A DNA stretch of 30,617 bases from Bacteroidales bacterium (GCA_027073875.1 JALTEO010000066.1:1-30617); one strand, 5' to 3'; positions 7,888-16,020 are shown, counted from the first letter of the stretch. A program made the numbers and translations. Notes: generated from the sequence alone by a model not told the origin.

Positions 7888-9102
7888 TTAAGGTAATTCT
7901 GTCTCAATTTTGTTCAAATCTACAAAGAATTCAGGATATGATTTATTGACTGTCTCTTTGTTCTTGATAATTATTTCATTTTCTGAAACCAAATTTAATA
8001 CGCCTGCCATCATTGCAATGCGATGGTCGTGCTGTGAATCTATCGTACAACCTGAGATTTTCCCGCCTGTAATTTTCATCAAATCATCATTAATTTCTAC
8101 GGAAATACCTGCTTTTGACAATTCGGTTTTTAGCACTTCGCCACGATTGCTTTCCTTGTGTTTTAACCGCGAAACGCCTTTGATGGTTGTTGTTCCTTCG
8201 CAATTTGCGGCTAATGTTGCCAACGGCGGGAACAAGTCCGGACAATGTGTGGCATCAAATGTAAATGCTTGTAATTTTTTCCGCCTGACTTCAACAATAT
8301 TATCTTGTAACCGAATCTTCGCTCCTGCCATTTTCAGAGCATCAAGTATTTTTTTGTCTGCCTGCAACGAATTGCCGGAAAGATTTTTTACGGCTACTCC
8401 TCCGGTAAGTGCACCGGCAACCAGTAAAAAAGCAGCACCACTCCAATCGCCCTCAATCGTATATTCCTCAGGATGATATGTTTGATTACCTTTGATGAAA
8501 AATTGTTGATAATTAGTGTGTGATATTTCTACCCCGAAATGCCGGATAATGTTCATCGTCATATCAATGTATGGAATACTTTTCAGATTTCTAACCGTAA
8601 TTATCGAATTGCCGTCAACAAGGGGCAACGCTATTAGTAACCCTGTTAACAGTTGAGAACTTACCGAGCCGTCAATTGTGATTTCTCCTGCATTTAGTTT
8701 TTTGCTGATAGTTAGTGGCGGAAAACCGTTATCGGTAGTTACGCTAACACCTAATTGGACAAGAGATTCTCCCAGGAATCCTATGGGACGGGATTTTAGC
8801 GTTCCTTTGGCAGAAAGCTGTATTTTTTCTCCTGATAATGCAAAAATAGGTGCAAACATACGCAGAGCCAGCCCAGATTCTTCTGCTGAAAATAAACTTT
8901 CCGTAATTTTAATACCTTCGGATTGAATAATTAGTTCCCTATTTTCCTCAGTGATTTTGGCACCCAATCCTGCAATAAGGTTTTTGACAGCCATTGTGTC
9001 GTCGCACCACGAGACATTGTGTAGTACGGTTTTTCCTTTTGCCAGCAAAGCAATTGCCAATGCTCTTTGCAGATAACTCTTTGATGCGGGAGCTTGTATC
9101 AT
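7888..9102 (-). CDS. aroA: 3-phosphoshikimate 1-carboxyvinyltransferase (EPSP synthase)
   Basis: PASKSYLQRAL, ESGLALR, SSQLLTGLL, EGDWSGA, CPDLFP, RLKHKESNR, QHDHRIAM, KSYPEF. The N-terminus is unusually short. Confidence 0.95.
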   Translation of the reverse strand: MIQAPASKSYLQRALAIALLAKGKTVLHNVSWCDDTMAVKNLIAGLGAKITEENRELIIQSEGIKITESLFSAEESGLALRMFAPIFALSGEKIQLSAKGTLKSRPIGFLGESLVQLGVSVTTDNGFPPLTISKKLNAGEITIDGSVSSQLLTGLLIALPLVDGNSIITVRNLKSIPYIDMTMNIIRHFGVEISHTNYQQFFIKGNQTYHPEEYTIEGDWSGAAFLLVAGALTGGVAVKNLSGNSLQADKKILDALKMAGAKIRLQDNIVEVRRKKLQAFTFDATHCPDLFPPLATLAANCEGTTTIKGVSRLKHKESNRGEVLKTELSKAGISVEINDDLMKITGGKISGCTIDSQHDHRIAMMAGVLNLVSENEIIIKNKETVNKSYPEFFVDLNKIETELP

Positions 9103-9761
9103 TTTATTTTCGTTTCAGCATTTATAATGTTCACTAACTTTTCTATTGTTGCTTTGTCAAATTGTCCGGGAGCTGTTTCTTTTCCTTGTTCCTGCGAGAC
9201 ATAAGTAAATTCCGCACCGAGAAATAACGATGCCAGACGCGAAATTTTGCCTTTTTCGCCCATACAAAAAGCTATCAGGTTCGTGTTGTTACGATATAAC
9301 GAAAGCACGGTAGCTATGTCTTGTTCTGTGTCAGCCATTGTTACGACCTTAATTTTCCACGGGTTAAATTTTCTGCCGGCATCAATTATTTTTTGTAATT
9401 CGGATAATGCCGGCGTTGTTGTAAAATTGTGATAAGAGATAATGATCTGACAATTTCTTTTTTTGGCATATTTCAGCATATCTTTCTGAAAATCAGTATT
9501 GGAATCTATCTCAATGTCTATATAATCTGTGCCTAAATCAATTACTTTTTTTAATAAGTCTTTTTTTTCGGTATCGTTTTTTTCTTCGGAGCGATAGGTT
9601 GCAATAAATTTTGTTTTTAGTGCGAATAATTGCTTTAACTCGTGGTCGGAAAAATGAATTAAATCCAGACGCAACTCTGCCAATTTAGTATCTTTTGCTG
9701 CCTGATAACAAGCGGCAAAATTATTTTCTGAAAGCGTTACACAAAATTTATTTTCGGTCAT
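9099..9761 (-). CDS. aroD: Type I 3-dehydroquinate dehydratase
   Basis: ELRLD, YIDIE, ISYHNFTTTP (catalytic His), KIKVV (Schiff-base Lys), FCMGEKGKISRL, TAPGQ. Confidence 0.92.
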   Translation of the reverse strand: MTENKFCVTLSENNFAACYQAAKDTKLAELRLDLIHFSDHELKQLFALKTKFIATYRSEEKNDTEKKDLLKKVIDLGTDYIDIEIDSNTDFQKDMLKYAKKRNCQIIISYHNFTTTPALSELQKIIDAGRKFNPWKIKVVTMADTEQDIATVLSLYRNNTNLIAFCMGEKGKISRLASLFLGAEFTYVSQEQGKETAPGQFDKATIEKLVNIINAETKIK

Positions 9762-9765
9762 TTAT

Positions 9766-9934
9766 TTTTTATTTTGTTGAGATTCTTCATGAGTTCCTTC
9801 GCTTTGCTCAGGATGACATTTGTAAATGGTGTTTGTTGTCATACTGAGCTTGTCGAAGTATCTATTTCTCTTACATTTCATTTTACTCATTTGAGATTCT
9901 TCACTTCGTTCAGAATGACAAATCATTTGGGTTT
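9766..9934 (+). repeat. 169-bp direct repeat, copy A
   Basis: Matches 10412-10580 at an offset of 646 with 3 mismatches (9790, 9830, 9831). Confidence 0.93.
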
Positions 9935-10098
9935 ATACCGTATTTAATTACGAAGTTGTCATGCTGAGATTGTCGAAGTATCTATTTCTTTTATATTTCA
10001 TTTTACACATTATTGAGATTCTTCACTCCACTGCGTTCCGTTCAGAATGACATTTATGAATGGTATTTGTTGTCATACTGAGCGAATGCGAAGTATCT
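9780..10098. repeat. BIME-like array of six alternating inverted REP arms
   Basis: AGAT...TGACA arms at 9780-9818, 9894-9920 and 10016-10052 alternate with TGTCA...TATCT arms at 9837-9863, 9957-9983 and 10071-10098. Confidence 0.92.
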
Positions 10099-10464
10099 AT
10101 TCAATTTTATCATTTAAAAATTTCCATTCCGGATTAAATTCATTGATTAATTTATCTTTTTTATTTCTTTTCCAACCTTTTAATTGTTTTTCTCTATCAA
10201 TGGCGTGCTCAATAAATTGAAATCTCTCATAATAAACTAAATATATTGTATTGTATTTACCTGCAAATGTTTTCTTTTCCCCTTCTGAATCCTGTTTGTG
10301 TTCATATAGTCTTCTACTCAAATCATTTGTTACGCCAATGTATAGAACTTTCTTATATTTATTAGTAAGCATATATACGAAATAATTATGTGTTCCTATT
10401 GGTTTCATTTGTTTTTATTTTGTTGAGATTCTTCACGAGTTCCTTCGCTTTGCTCAGGATGACA
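10071..10464. mobile_element. Putative GIY-YIG/REP element: nuclease gene flanked by inverted TGTC-tagged arms
   Basis: The arrangement TGTCA...TATCT [gene] AGATT...TGACA has the same geometry as the empty doublets in this window. Mobility is inferred, not shown. Confidence 0.55.
10097..10408 (-). CDS. Small stand-alone GIY-YIG nuclease (YhbQ/UPF0213-like)
   Basis: YFVYMLTN...LYIGVTNDLSRRLYEH, AIDREKQLKGW (catalytic Glu), NPEW. 103 aa. GC is 80/312 (about 26%) by hand count. Confidence 0.92.
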   Translation of the reverse strand: MKPIGTHNYFVYMLTNKYKKVLYIGVTNDLSRRLYEHKQDSEGEKKTFAGKYNTIYLVYYERFQFIEHAIDREKQLKGWKRNKKDKLINEFNPEWKFLNDKIE

Positions 10465-10580
10465 TTTGTAAATGGCATTTGTTGTCATACTGAGCTTGTC
10501 GAAGTATCTATTTCTCTTACATTTCATTTTACTCATTTGAGATTCTTCACTTCGTTCAGAATGACAAATCATTTGGGTTT
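10412..10580 (+). repeat. 169-bp direct repeat, copy B
   Basis: Matches 9766-9934 with 3 mismatches. Confidence 0.93.
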
Positions 10581-10626
10581 TCGTATTAATTACGAGACTG
10601 TCATACTGAGCGAATGTAAAGCATCT
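10426..10626. repeat. BIME-like array of four alternating inverted REP arms
   Basis: Arms at 10426-10464, 10483-10509, 10540-10566 and 10599-10626. The last arm overlaps the aroB TAG. Confidence 0.92.
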
Positions 10627-11653
10627 ATTCATAATTCAAAATATCCGTTTTAAGTTCATCAATACTTATGCGTTCCACAATTGCCTCACCAATTTTTTTA
10701 ATCATTACAAAATCAATAAAATCGCTGTTTCGTTTTTTATCTTTCGTAATGGCATCAGCCAATTTTTTTCTATCAATATTTGTTGATGTCGGCAGTCCAA
10801 GATTATTTAACAGCATTTTAATTTTTTCGACATCTTGTTGTGAGATATATCCTTTTTTGGCAGATAAATGAGCAGAAAACATCATCCCTATACTGATTGC
10901 CTCACCGTGTGATAAATCGGAATGCTTTTCTATGGCGTGTCCCAGAGTATGACCAAAATTTAATTTTTTCCGTTCGCCCGATTCTTTTTCGTCGCGGTTA
11001 ACGATGGTTGCTTTTATTTGCACATTGCGATAAACCAAATCTGTAAAAAATGATTGGTTAAATGCTAAGATATTCTGTTGGTTATCAATAATTTCAGCAA
11101 ACAATTCTTCGTCGGCAATCAGGGCGTGTTTGATAATTTCACCAAATCCTGAACGGATTTCTTCCGGGGGCAAGGTTTGTAGCATTTCAGTATCGCAAAT
11201 AACAAATTGCGGCTGATTAAATGTCCCGATAATATTTTTATACGACAAGAAATTAACACCGTTTTTCCCGCCAACAGAAGCATCTACCTGCGAAAGCAAT
11301 GAGGTAGAAACAAATCCGAAATCAATGCCACGCATAAAAACCGATGCAACAAAACCGGTAATATCGCAAACCACACCACCGCCAATACCTACCAAAAACG
11401 AATGCCTGTCGGCTCCTAATTCTATTAATCTTGAAATGATAAACGACAATGTTTCAAGCGTTTTTGTTTTTTCTCCGGCTTCAACTACAATAACAGGAAA
11501 CTGACTAAACCGATTACCATACAGCCGGTTAAGGTTAGTATCTGTAATGACAATAATTTTTCTATCGGGCAAATATTTCTTTAAATTTCCAATTTGCTCA
11601 CCGATTAGCAACTGTGAATCTCCGAATTTCCCGTAGATAGATAATACTTTCAT
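10625..11653 (-). CDS. aroB: 3-dehydroquinate synthase
   Basis: GEKTKTL, GIGGGVVCDITGF, QVDASVGGKNG, EIIKH, LNFGHTLGHAIE, HGEAISIG, DKKR. Confidence 0.96.
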   Translation of the reverse strand: MKVLSIYGKFGDSQLLIGEQIGNLKKYLPDRKIIVITDTNLNRLYGNRFSQFPVIVVEAGEKTKTLETLSFIISRLIELGADRHSFLVGIGGGVVCDITGFVASVFMRGIDFGFVSTSLLSQVDASVGGKNGVNFLSYKNIIGTFNQPQFVICDTEMLQTLPPEEIRSGFGEIIKHALIADEELFAEIIDNQQNILAFNQSFFTDLVYRNVQIKATIVNRDEKESGERKKLNFGHTLGHAIEKHSDLSHGEAISIGMMFSAHLSAKKGYISQQDVEKIKMLLNNLGLPTSTNIDRKKLADAITKDKKRNSDFIDFVMIKKIGEAIVERISIDELKTDILNYE

Positions 11654-11660
11654 TATGCAA

Positions 11661-11668
11661 CAAAGATA
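11661..11668 (-). promoter_or_regulatory. -7 promoter element of the aro operon
   Basis: TATCTTTG on the minus strand, 7 nt upstream of the aroB ATG. Confidence 0.65.
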
Positions 11669-11751
11669 TTTATTTTTTTAATTTAGGGGAGTTCTAATCT
11701 GAATTTCAAAAGTTTTGCAATGCTGGAAGCCGGCTCTTTTCAGTGTCTGTT

Positions 11752-11839
11752 TTTTATACCAAGTCTTTTTGGACTAATACCGATGCTACATGAAAATAGT
11801 ACAATTTATTGAATATTGAATGTGTAATCGGTATTATTT
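11752..11839 (-). repeat. 62-bp element with perfect 10-bp terminal inverted repeats (TAATACCGAT 11775-11784 / ATCGGTATTA 11827-11836) and shared flanks, copy 2
   Basis: Reverse-complement match to 1220-1332. Lies in the divergent aroB/gcvT intergenic region. Confidence 0.85.
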
Positions 11840-11883
11840 TCCAAAACATTTTCTCAAACAGAAAATTAATTCACAGGAATAAT

Positions 11884-11891
11884 TACATTTG
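11884..11891 (+). promoter_or_regulatory. -7 promoter element for gcvT-murI-protease
   Basis: TACATTTG matches TAnnTTTG, 34 nt upstream of the ATG at 11926. Confidence 0.65.
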
Positions 11892-11925
11892 CTTTTCCAA
11901 AAATTAAATTAAAAATTTGACAATA

Positions 11926-13014
11926 ATGAAAAGAACAGCATTATTTGAAGTACACCAAAAATTAGGTGCCAAGATATTACCGTTTGCAGGGTTTGAAATG
12001 CCTATAAAATATACAGGCGACATTGAAGAACATGTAACTGTCCGCAAGGGGGTTGGTGTTTTTGATGTGTCGCACATGGGCGAGTTTTGGGTTGAAGGAC
12101 CCGATGCACTTAAATTTGTGCAGTGGGTTACTTCTAACGATGCGTCAGTTCTTTTCGATGGCAAAGTGCAGTATTCTTGTTTTCCTAACGGGAAAGGTGG
12201 CATTGTTGATGACTTGTTGGTTTACCGTTTTGCCGAAGACAAATATTTGTTGGTAGTGAATGCAGCTAATATTGAGAAAGATTGGAACTGGTGCAACAGC
12301 CAAAATAAATTTAATGTTAAGTTGACAAATGCTTCGGACGAAACATCACAATTGGCAATTCAGGGACCTTTGGCACTGAAAGCCATGCAAAAATTAACCG
12401 ATACGCCCGTTGAAGATATGGAATATTATACTTTCAAAGTGTTGTCGTTTGCAGGAATTCCCAATGTATTATTTTCAACTACAGGTTATACCGGAGCCGG
12501 TGGATGCGAAATTTATTTCCCGAATGAATATGCTCAGAAAATCTGGGATGCCGTATTTGAAGCAGGAAAAGAATTTGACATCAAACCTATTGGCTTAGCG
12601 GCTCGTGATACTTTGCGACTGGAAATGGGATATTGCCTTTATGGTAATGATATTGACGATACAACTTCGCCTATTGAGGGTGGTTTAGGTTGGATAACAA
12701 AATTTGTGGACCACAAAGATTTTATTGATAAAGATTATTTGTGGAATCAAAAACAAAATGGTGTTACCAAAAAATTGATTGGTTTTACGATGATAGACAG
12801 AGGCATTCCCCGTCATGGATATGAGATTGTTGATGCTGAAGGCAATAAAATAGGGCATGTTACTTCCGGCACTATTTCGCCAATGACGAGAGAAGGTATA
12901 GGTATGGGCTATGTACCTTCTGAGTTCTCAAAAAAGGATTCTGAAATTTTTATCCATATCCGCAATAAAAACCTGAAAGCTAAAGTGGTAAGACCACCAT
13001 TTTACAAGGGATAG
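11926..13014 (+). CDS. gcvT: Glycine cleavage system aminomethyltransferase T
   Basis: [55 protein letters not shown]. The ATG at 11926 is preferred over TTG 11917. Confidence 0.97.
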   Translation: MKRTALFEVHQKLGAKILPFAGFEMPIKYTGDIEEHVTVRKGVGVFDVSHMGEFWVEGPDALKFVQWVTSNDASVLFDGKVQYSCFPNGKGGIVDDLLVYRFAEDKYLLVVNAANIEKDWNWCNSQNKFNVKLTNASDETSQLAIQGPLALKAMQKLTDTPVEDMEYYTFKVLSFAGIPNVLFSTTGYTGAGGCEIYFPNEYAQKIWDAVFEAGKEFDIKPIGLAARDTLRLEMGYCLYGNDIDDTTSPIEGGLGWITKFVDHKDFIDKDYLWNQKQNGVTKKLIGFTMIDRGIPRHGYEIVDAEGNKIGHVTSGTISPMTREGIGMGYVPSEFSKKDSEIFIHIRNKNLKAKVVRPPFYKG

Positions 13015-13018
13015 AAAC

Positions 13019-13828
13019 ATGGCAGTTGGCAATAATAATCCTATCGGGATTTTTGATTCCGGCGTTGGCGGGCTTTCCGTTCTCAAGGAATTAAAACGGT
13101 TATTGCCTTTTGAATCATTTATTTATTTTGCCGATAGTGCACATGCTCCTTATGGAGAAAAAACACCGGAAGAAATTTACCGGTATTCTAAAACGATTGT
13201 AGATTTTTTTTTAGGCAGAAAAGTTAAATTAATAGTGGTTGCCTGCAATACTGCAACTGCTCATGCTATCAGAAAATTACGAAAACAATATGCTATTCCT
13301 TTTGTAGGAATGGAACCTGCCGTAAAACCGGCTGCCCTTCATACAAAAACAGGACATATCGGCGTATTGGCAACTGCCGGCACTTTCCGTGGAAAACATT
13401 TTACCAAAACAACAGAAACCTTTGCCAAAGGCATTCAGGTTCATACACAGGTGGGTGAAGGTTTGGTAGAAGCCGTTGAACAAGGAAATTTTAATATTTC
13501 CGGCACAACCGAAATGTTACGAAAATATATTGTTCCGATGCTTGAGCAAGGAATTGATTTTCTCGTTTTGGGATGTACACATTATCCGTTTTTGTGTGAA
13601 CAGATAAAAGAAATTACCGGACAACGGCAAATAGAAATTATCAATCCCGCAGAACCGGTAGCACATCAAACAAAAAATCTATTATTTAGCTTTAATCTGG
13701 AAAGTAGCGGTGATATGCCGCCAAAATATCAGTTTTTTACGACAGGAAAGGAAAAAGTACTCAAAAATCTAATTACGCAAATTGGAATTCACGATAGTTT
13801 TGAAATCTCCGAAATATCGCCACTTTAA
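13019..13828 (+). CDS. murI: Glutamate racemase
   Basis: FDSGVGGLSV, PYGEK, VACNTAT, VLGCTHYP (both catalytic Cys present). Confidence 0.97.
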   Translation: MAVGNNNPIGIFDSGVGGLSVLKELKRLLPFESFIYFADSAHAPYGEKTPEEIYRYSKTIVDFFLGRKVKLIVVACNTATAHAIRKLRKQYAIPFVGMEPAVKPAALHTKTGHIGVLATAGTFRGKHFTKTTETFAKGIQVHTQVGEGLVEAVEQGNFNISGTTEMLRKYIVPMLEQGIDFLVLGCTHYPFLCEQIKEITGQRQIEIINPAEPVAHQTKNLLFSFNLESSGDMPPKYQFFTTGKEKVLKNLITQIGIHDSFEISEISPL

Positions 13829-13829
13829 A

Positions 13830-14255
13830 ATGCAAACAACCTTAAAACTAATTCGTGTTCCCATTCCCGAAAACGGATTGCATCTTTTGATTAAAGCCAA
13901 AATTGGCAGACGATTTTATTTCCTGATTCTTGATACGGGAGCATCCGAATCGGTTTTAGACAAAAATTTACCTGCAAATTTATTCTCTTCAATTGAGATA
14001 AACGACGACGCACAGACTTATGGCATCCAGTCGGAAAATATAAAAACGGAAATTGGTGTTGTAAAAACATTTGCTTTGGGAGCACTTAAACTAAAAAACC
14101 AACCGTTTCATTTAGTAGATTTATCACAGATAAACGAGCTTTACGGCAATTTTATTGATTATCGTATCAGCGGGCTGATAGGTAGTGATTTTCTTAATCA
14201 ATTTCAAGCTACGATTAGCTATAAAACAGGCAAGTTGATATTGAGAAAATTCTAA
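13830..14255 (+). CDS. Retropepsin-like (single-domain) aspartyl protease
   Basis: LILDTGAS and GLIGSDFL motifs. The ATG at 13830, 1 nt after the murI stop, is more plausible than the 13782 start. Confidence 0.85.
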   Translation: MQTTLKLIRVPIPENGLHLLIKAKIGRRFYFLILDTGASESVLDKNLPANLFSSIEINDDAQTYGIQSENIKTEIGVVKTFALGALKLKNQPFHLVDLSQINELYGNFIDYRISGLIGSDFLNQFQATISYKTGKLILRKF

Positions 14256-14277
14256 TCCGGAAGATTCATAGAATTTT
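14256..14277 (+). repeat. TCCGGAARATTCAYAGAATTTT motif, copy 2
   Basis: 20/22 identical to 2211-2232. Immediately follows the TAA. Confidence 0.65.
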
Positions 14278-14299
14278 ATCTTAAACAATAGTCAATTAT

Positions 14300-14337
14300 A
14301 GATTCTTCACTGCCCCTTCGCTTTGCTCAGAATAACA
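14300..14337. repeat. Solo REP arm of the aro-array family
   Basis: AGATTCTTCACTGCCCCTTCGCTTTGCTCAGAATAACA closely resembles 9780-9818 and 10426-10464. Confidence 0.8.
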
Positions 14338-14346
14338 AAACCAAAA

Positions 14347-14362
14347 GTTTTGCAAATGTCTC
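14347..14362 (-). repeat. IS/MITE-end-like motif GAGACATTTGCAAAAC
   Basis: 15/16 identical to GAGACCTTTGCAAAAC at 17837-17852. A partial third copy (CAAAAGTTTTGCAA) is at 11707-11720. Confidence 0.55.
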
Positions 14363-14371
14363 AGGATTTCC

Positions 14372-15886
14372 TCATTCTTCATTGAGTTTTAAAATTTCCT
14401 CTAAAAATTTGCGATTATTTGACAGTCGCGGCACTTTATTCTGTCCTCCCAATTTCCCGCGTTTTTGCAACCATCGATAAAAAGTTCCGGGTTTTACCAC
14501 ATCAATTGTTAGCTTTTGAATTGATAAGTCTTTATATCGCTTAGCTTCATAATCGGAATTTACTGATTTCAGGGCATTATCGAGTAAATCGGCAAATTGT
14601 TCTAAATCTTTGGGCGGTGTAACAAACTCTATTGCCCATTGGTGTCTGCCTTTTTGTTTTCCGTTCATAAACACCGGAGCAACAGTATAATCAGCAATAG
14701 CGGAATTTGTTTCCTTTGTTACTATTTTCAGGGCTTCTTCAGCATTATCAACCATTAGTTCTTCACCAAAGACATTGATATAGTGCTTGATGCGTCCCGT
14801 GATTTTTATTTTATGCGGGTACAGAGAAGTAAATTTTACGGTGTCACCAATTAAATAACGCCACAAGCCACCGTTTGTAGAAATTACCATGGCATAATTT
14901 TTCTCTTTTTCTACCTCTGCAATGGTTAGTGATCTATAGTTTTCGTTTTCCAGTTCGTCAAAGGGAATAAACTCGTAAAAAATACCGTAATCCAAAATCA
15001 AAAACATATCGTCTTTTGACAAATCGTCTTGTAGTGCAAAAAATCCTTCAGAAGCATTATAGGTTTCCAAGAAGTTCATTTTCTCCGATGGGATAATTTC
15101 TTTGAATTGTTTTTGATAGGGCAGAAAACTGACTCCTCCGTGGATAAATACTTCCAAATTAGGCCAAACATCTAACAAATTGTCTTTGCCTGTAATTTCA
15201 AGGATTCGTCGCATCAACACCAGCGTCCACGACGGAACACCTGCAATACTTGTTACATTATCGTTGATAGTTTCCCGTGCCATTTTCTCCATCTTCTCTT
15301 CCCAGTCAGCCATCAATGCTGTTTTAAGCTTCGGGGTTCGTATTATCTCAGCCCAGAATGGCAGATTTTGAATAATTACAGCGGACAAGTCGCCATAGTA
15401 GGCATCATTATTTATTTCGTTTATTTGGTGTGATCCGCCAATGGCGAGACTCTTGCCATCCAAAACCTTGGATTCCGGAAATTGCGACAGATATATTGCC
15501 AAAATATCTTTCCCTCCGCGAAAATGACAATCGTTTAACGCATCTTCAGTAACAGGAATAAGCTTGCTTTTATCCGAGGTAGTCCCGGACGATTTAGCAA
15601 ACCAACGCGTTGTGCCGGGCCATAAAATATCAGATTCGCCTTCAAGAACTCGTTGAATCATTGGCTTCAACTCATCGTATGAACGAACGGGAACTCTTTC
15701 TTGAAATTGTGAAATGGTTTTAATATCACTAAACCCATATTTTTTACCAAATTCAGTATCTTTTGCTTTATCAATTAAATTAAAAAAAACTTCTTGCTGA
15801 AATTCAACCGGATATTCACGCATCAGTTCAATTTGTTTCATCCGCTTGATGGATAGCCACGAATACAAAGAGGTAAATAGGGGCAT
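14372..15886 (-). CDS. GH3 auxin-responsive-promoter family protein (acyl-acid amido synthetase-like)
   Basis: FAKSSGTTSDKSK, ETYNASEGFF, LWRYLIGDTV, FGEEL, LGGQNKVPRL. Confidence 0.92.
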   Translation of the reverse strand: MPLFTSLYSWLSIKRMKQIELMREYPVEFQQEVFFNLIDKAKDTEFGKKYGFSDIKTISQFQERVPVRSYDELKPMIQRVLEGESDILWPGTTRWFAKSSGTTSDKSKLIPVTEDALNDCHFRGGKDILAIYLSQFPESKVLDGKSLAIGGSHQINEINNDAYYGDLSAVIIQNLPFWAEIIRTPKLKTALMADWEEKMEKMARETINDNVTSIAGVPSWTLVLMRRILEITGKDNLLDVWPNLEVFIHGGVSFLPYQKQFKEIIPSEKMNFLETYNASEGFFALQDDLSKDDMFLILDYGIFYEFIPFDELENENYRSLTIAEVEKEKNYAMVISTNGGLWRYLIGDTVKFTSLYPHKIKITGRIKHYINVFGEELMVDNAEEALKIVTKETNSAIADYTVAPVFMNGKQKGRHQWAIEFVTPPKDLEQFADLLDNALKSVNSDYEAKRYKDLSIQKLTIDVVKPGTFYRWLQKRGKLGGQNKVPRLSNNRKFLEEILKLNEE

Positions 15887-15900
15887 CTGAGAATTTTTAA

Positions 15901-15908
15901 CAAATTTA
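15901..15908 (-). promoter_or_regulatory. -7 promoter element for the GH3 gene
   Basis: TAAATTTG on the minus strand, 14 nt upstream of the ATG. Confidence 0.6.
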
Positions 15909-15984
15909 CAATAATTTCCTATTCTTTTTTACATAAATTCTTTTTTAATCGTAATTTTATCCCCAAGAACATAAAATAATGGTA

Positions 15985-15992
15985 TAATTTTG
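15985..15992 (+). promoter_or_regulatory. -7 promoter element for the 598-aa gene
   Basis: TAATTTTG matches TAnnTTTG, 28 nt upstream of the ATG at 16021. Confidence 0.55.
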
Positions 15993-16020
15993 TGTTTCTT
16001 TGTAACATTAAAACTTAGCT

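Noticed and set aside
7910-8476. 188-aa plus-strand ORF
   Set aside because: Antisense shadow of aroA.
250-8926. Short overlapping ORFs from the track (e.g. 250-486, 307-531, 3007-3429, 7116-7503, 8678-8926)
   Set aside because: They overlap recognised genes in other frames or strands and have no motifs.
10071-10464. Integron gene cassette (attC-flanked GIY-YIG)
   Set aside because: The flanks lack RYYYAAC/GTTRRRY cores and no integrase is present. The arms end in TGTC/GACA.
9780-10626. CRISPR array
   Set aside because: The units alternate in orientation, the spacers are themselves repeated, lengths vary, and there are no cas genes. This is a REP/BIME-like array.
10405-10632. 75-aa ORF bridging the aroB stop and the GIY-YIG start (apparent translational coupling)
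   Set aside because: The peptide (CHSERSEES, FDKLSMT, CHPEQSEG) is the translation of REP arms. The equivalent frame after the GIY-YIG stop hits a TAA after 16 codons, so the open frame is not conserved. Ribosome profiling could rescue it.
10390-10653. 87-aa plus-strand ORF
   Set aside because: Antisense translation of the repeat array with no protein motif.
11723-11743. Possible terminator CTGGAAGCCGGCTCTTTTCAG
   Set aside because: The stem is weak and imperfect, and it lies between divergent genes where no transcript is expected to end.
13782-13829. Longer annotated starts (13782 protease, 11917 gcvT, 20364 RR, 28899 ruvA, 29026 autolysin)
   Set aside because: They overlap upstream genes or promoter elements. 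The downstream ATGs fit the family N-termini better.
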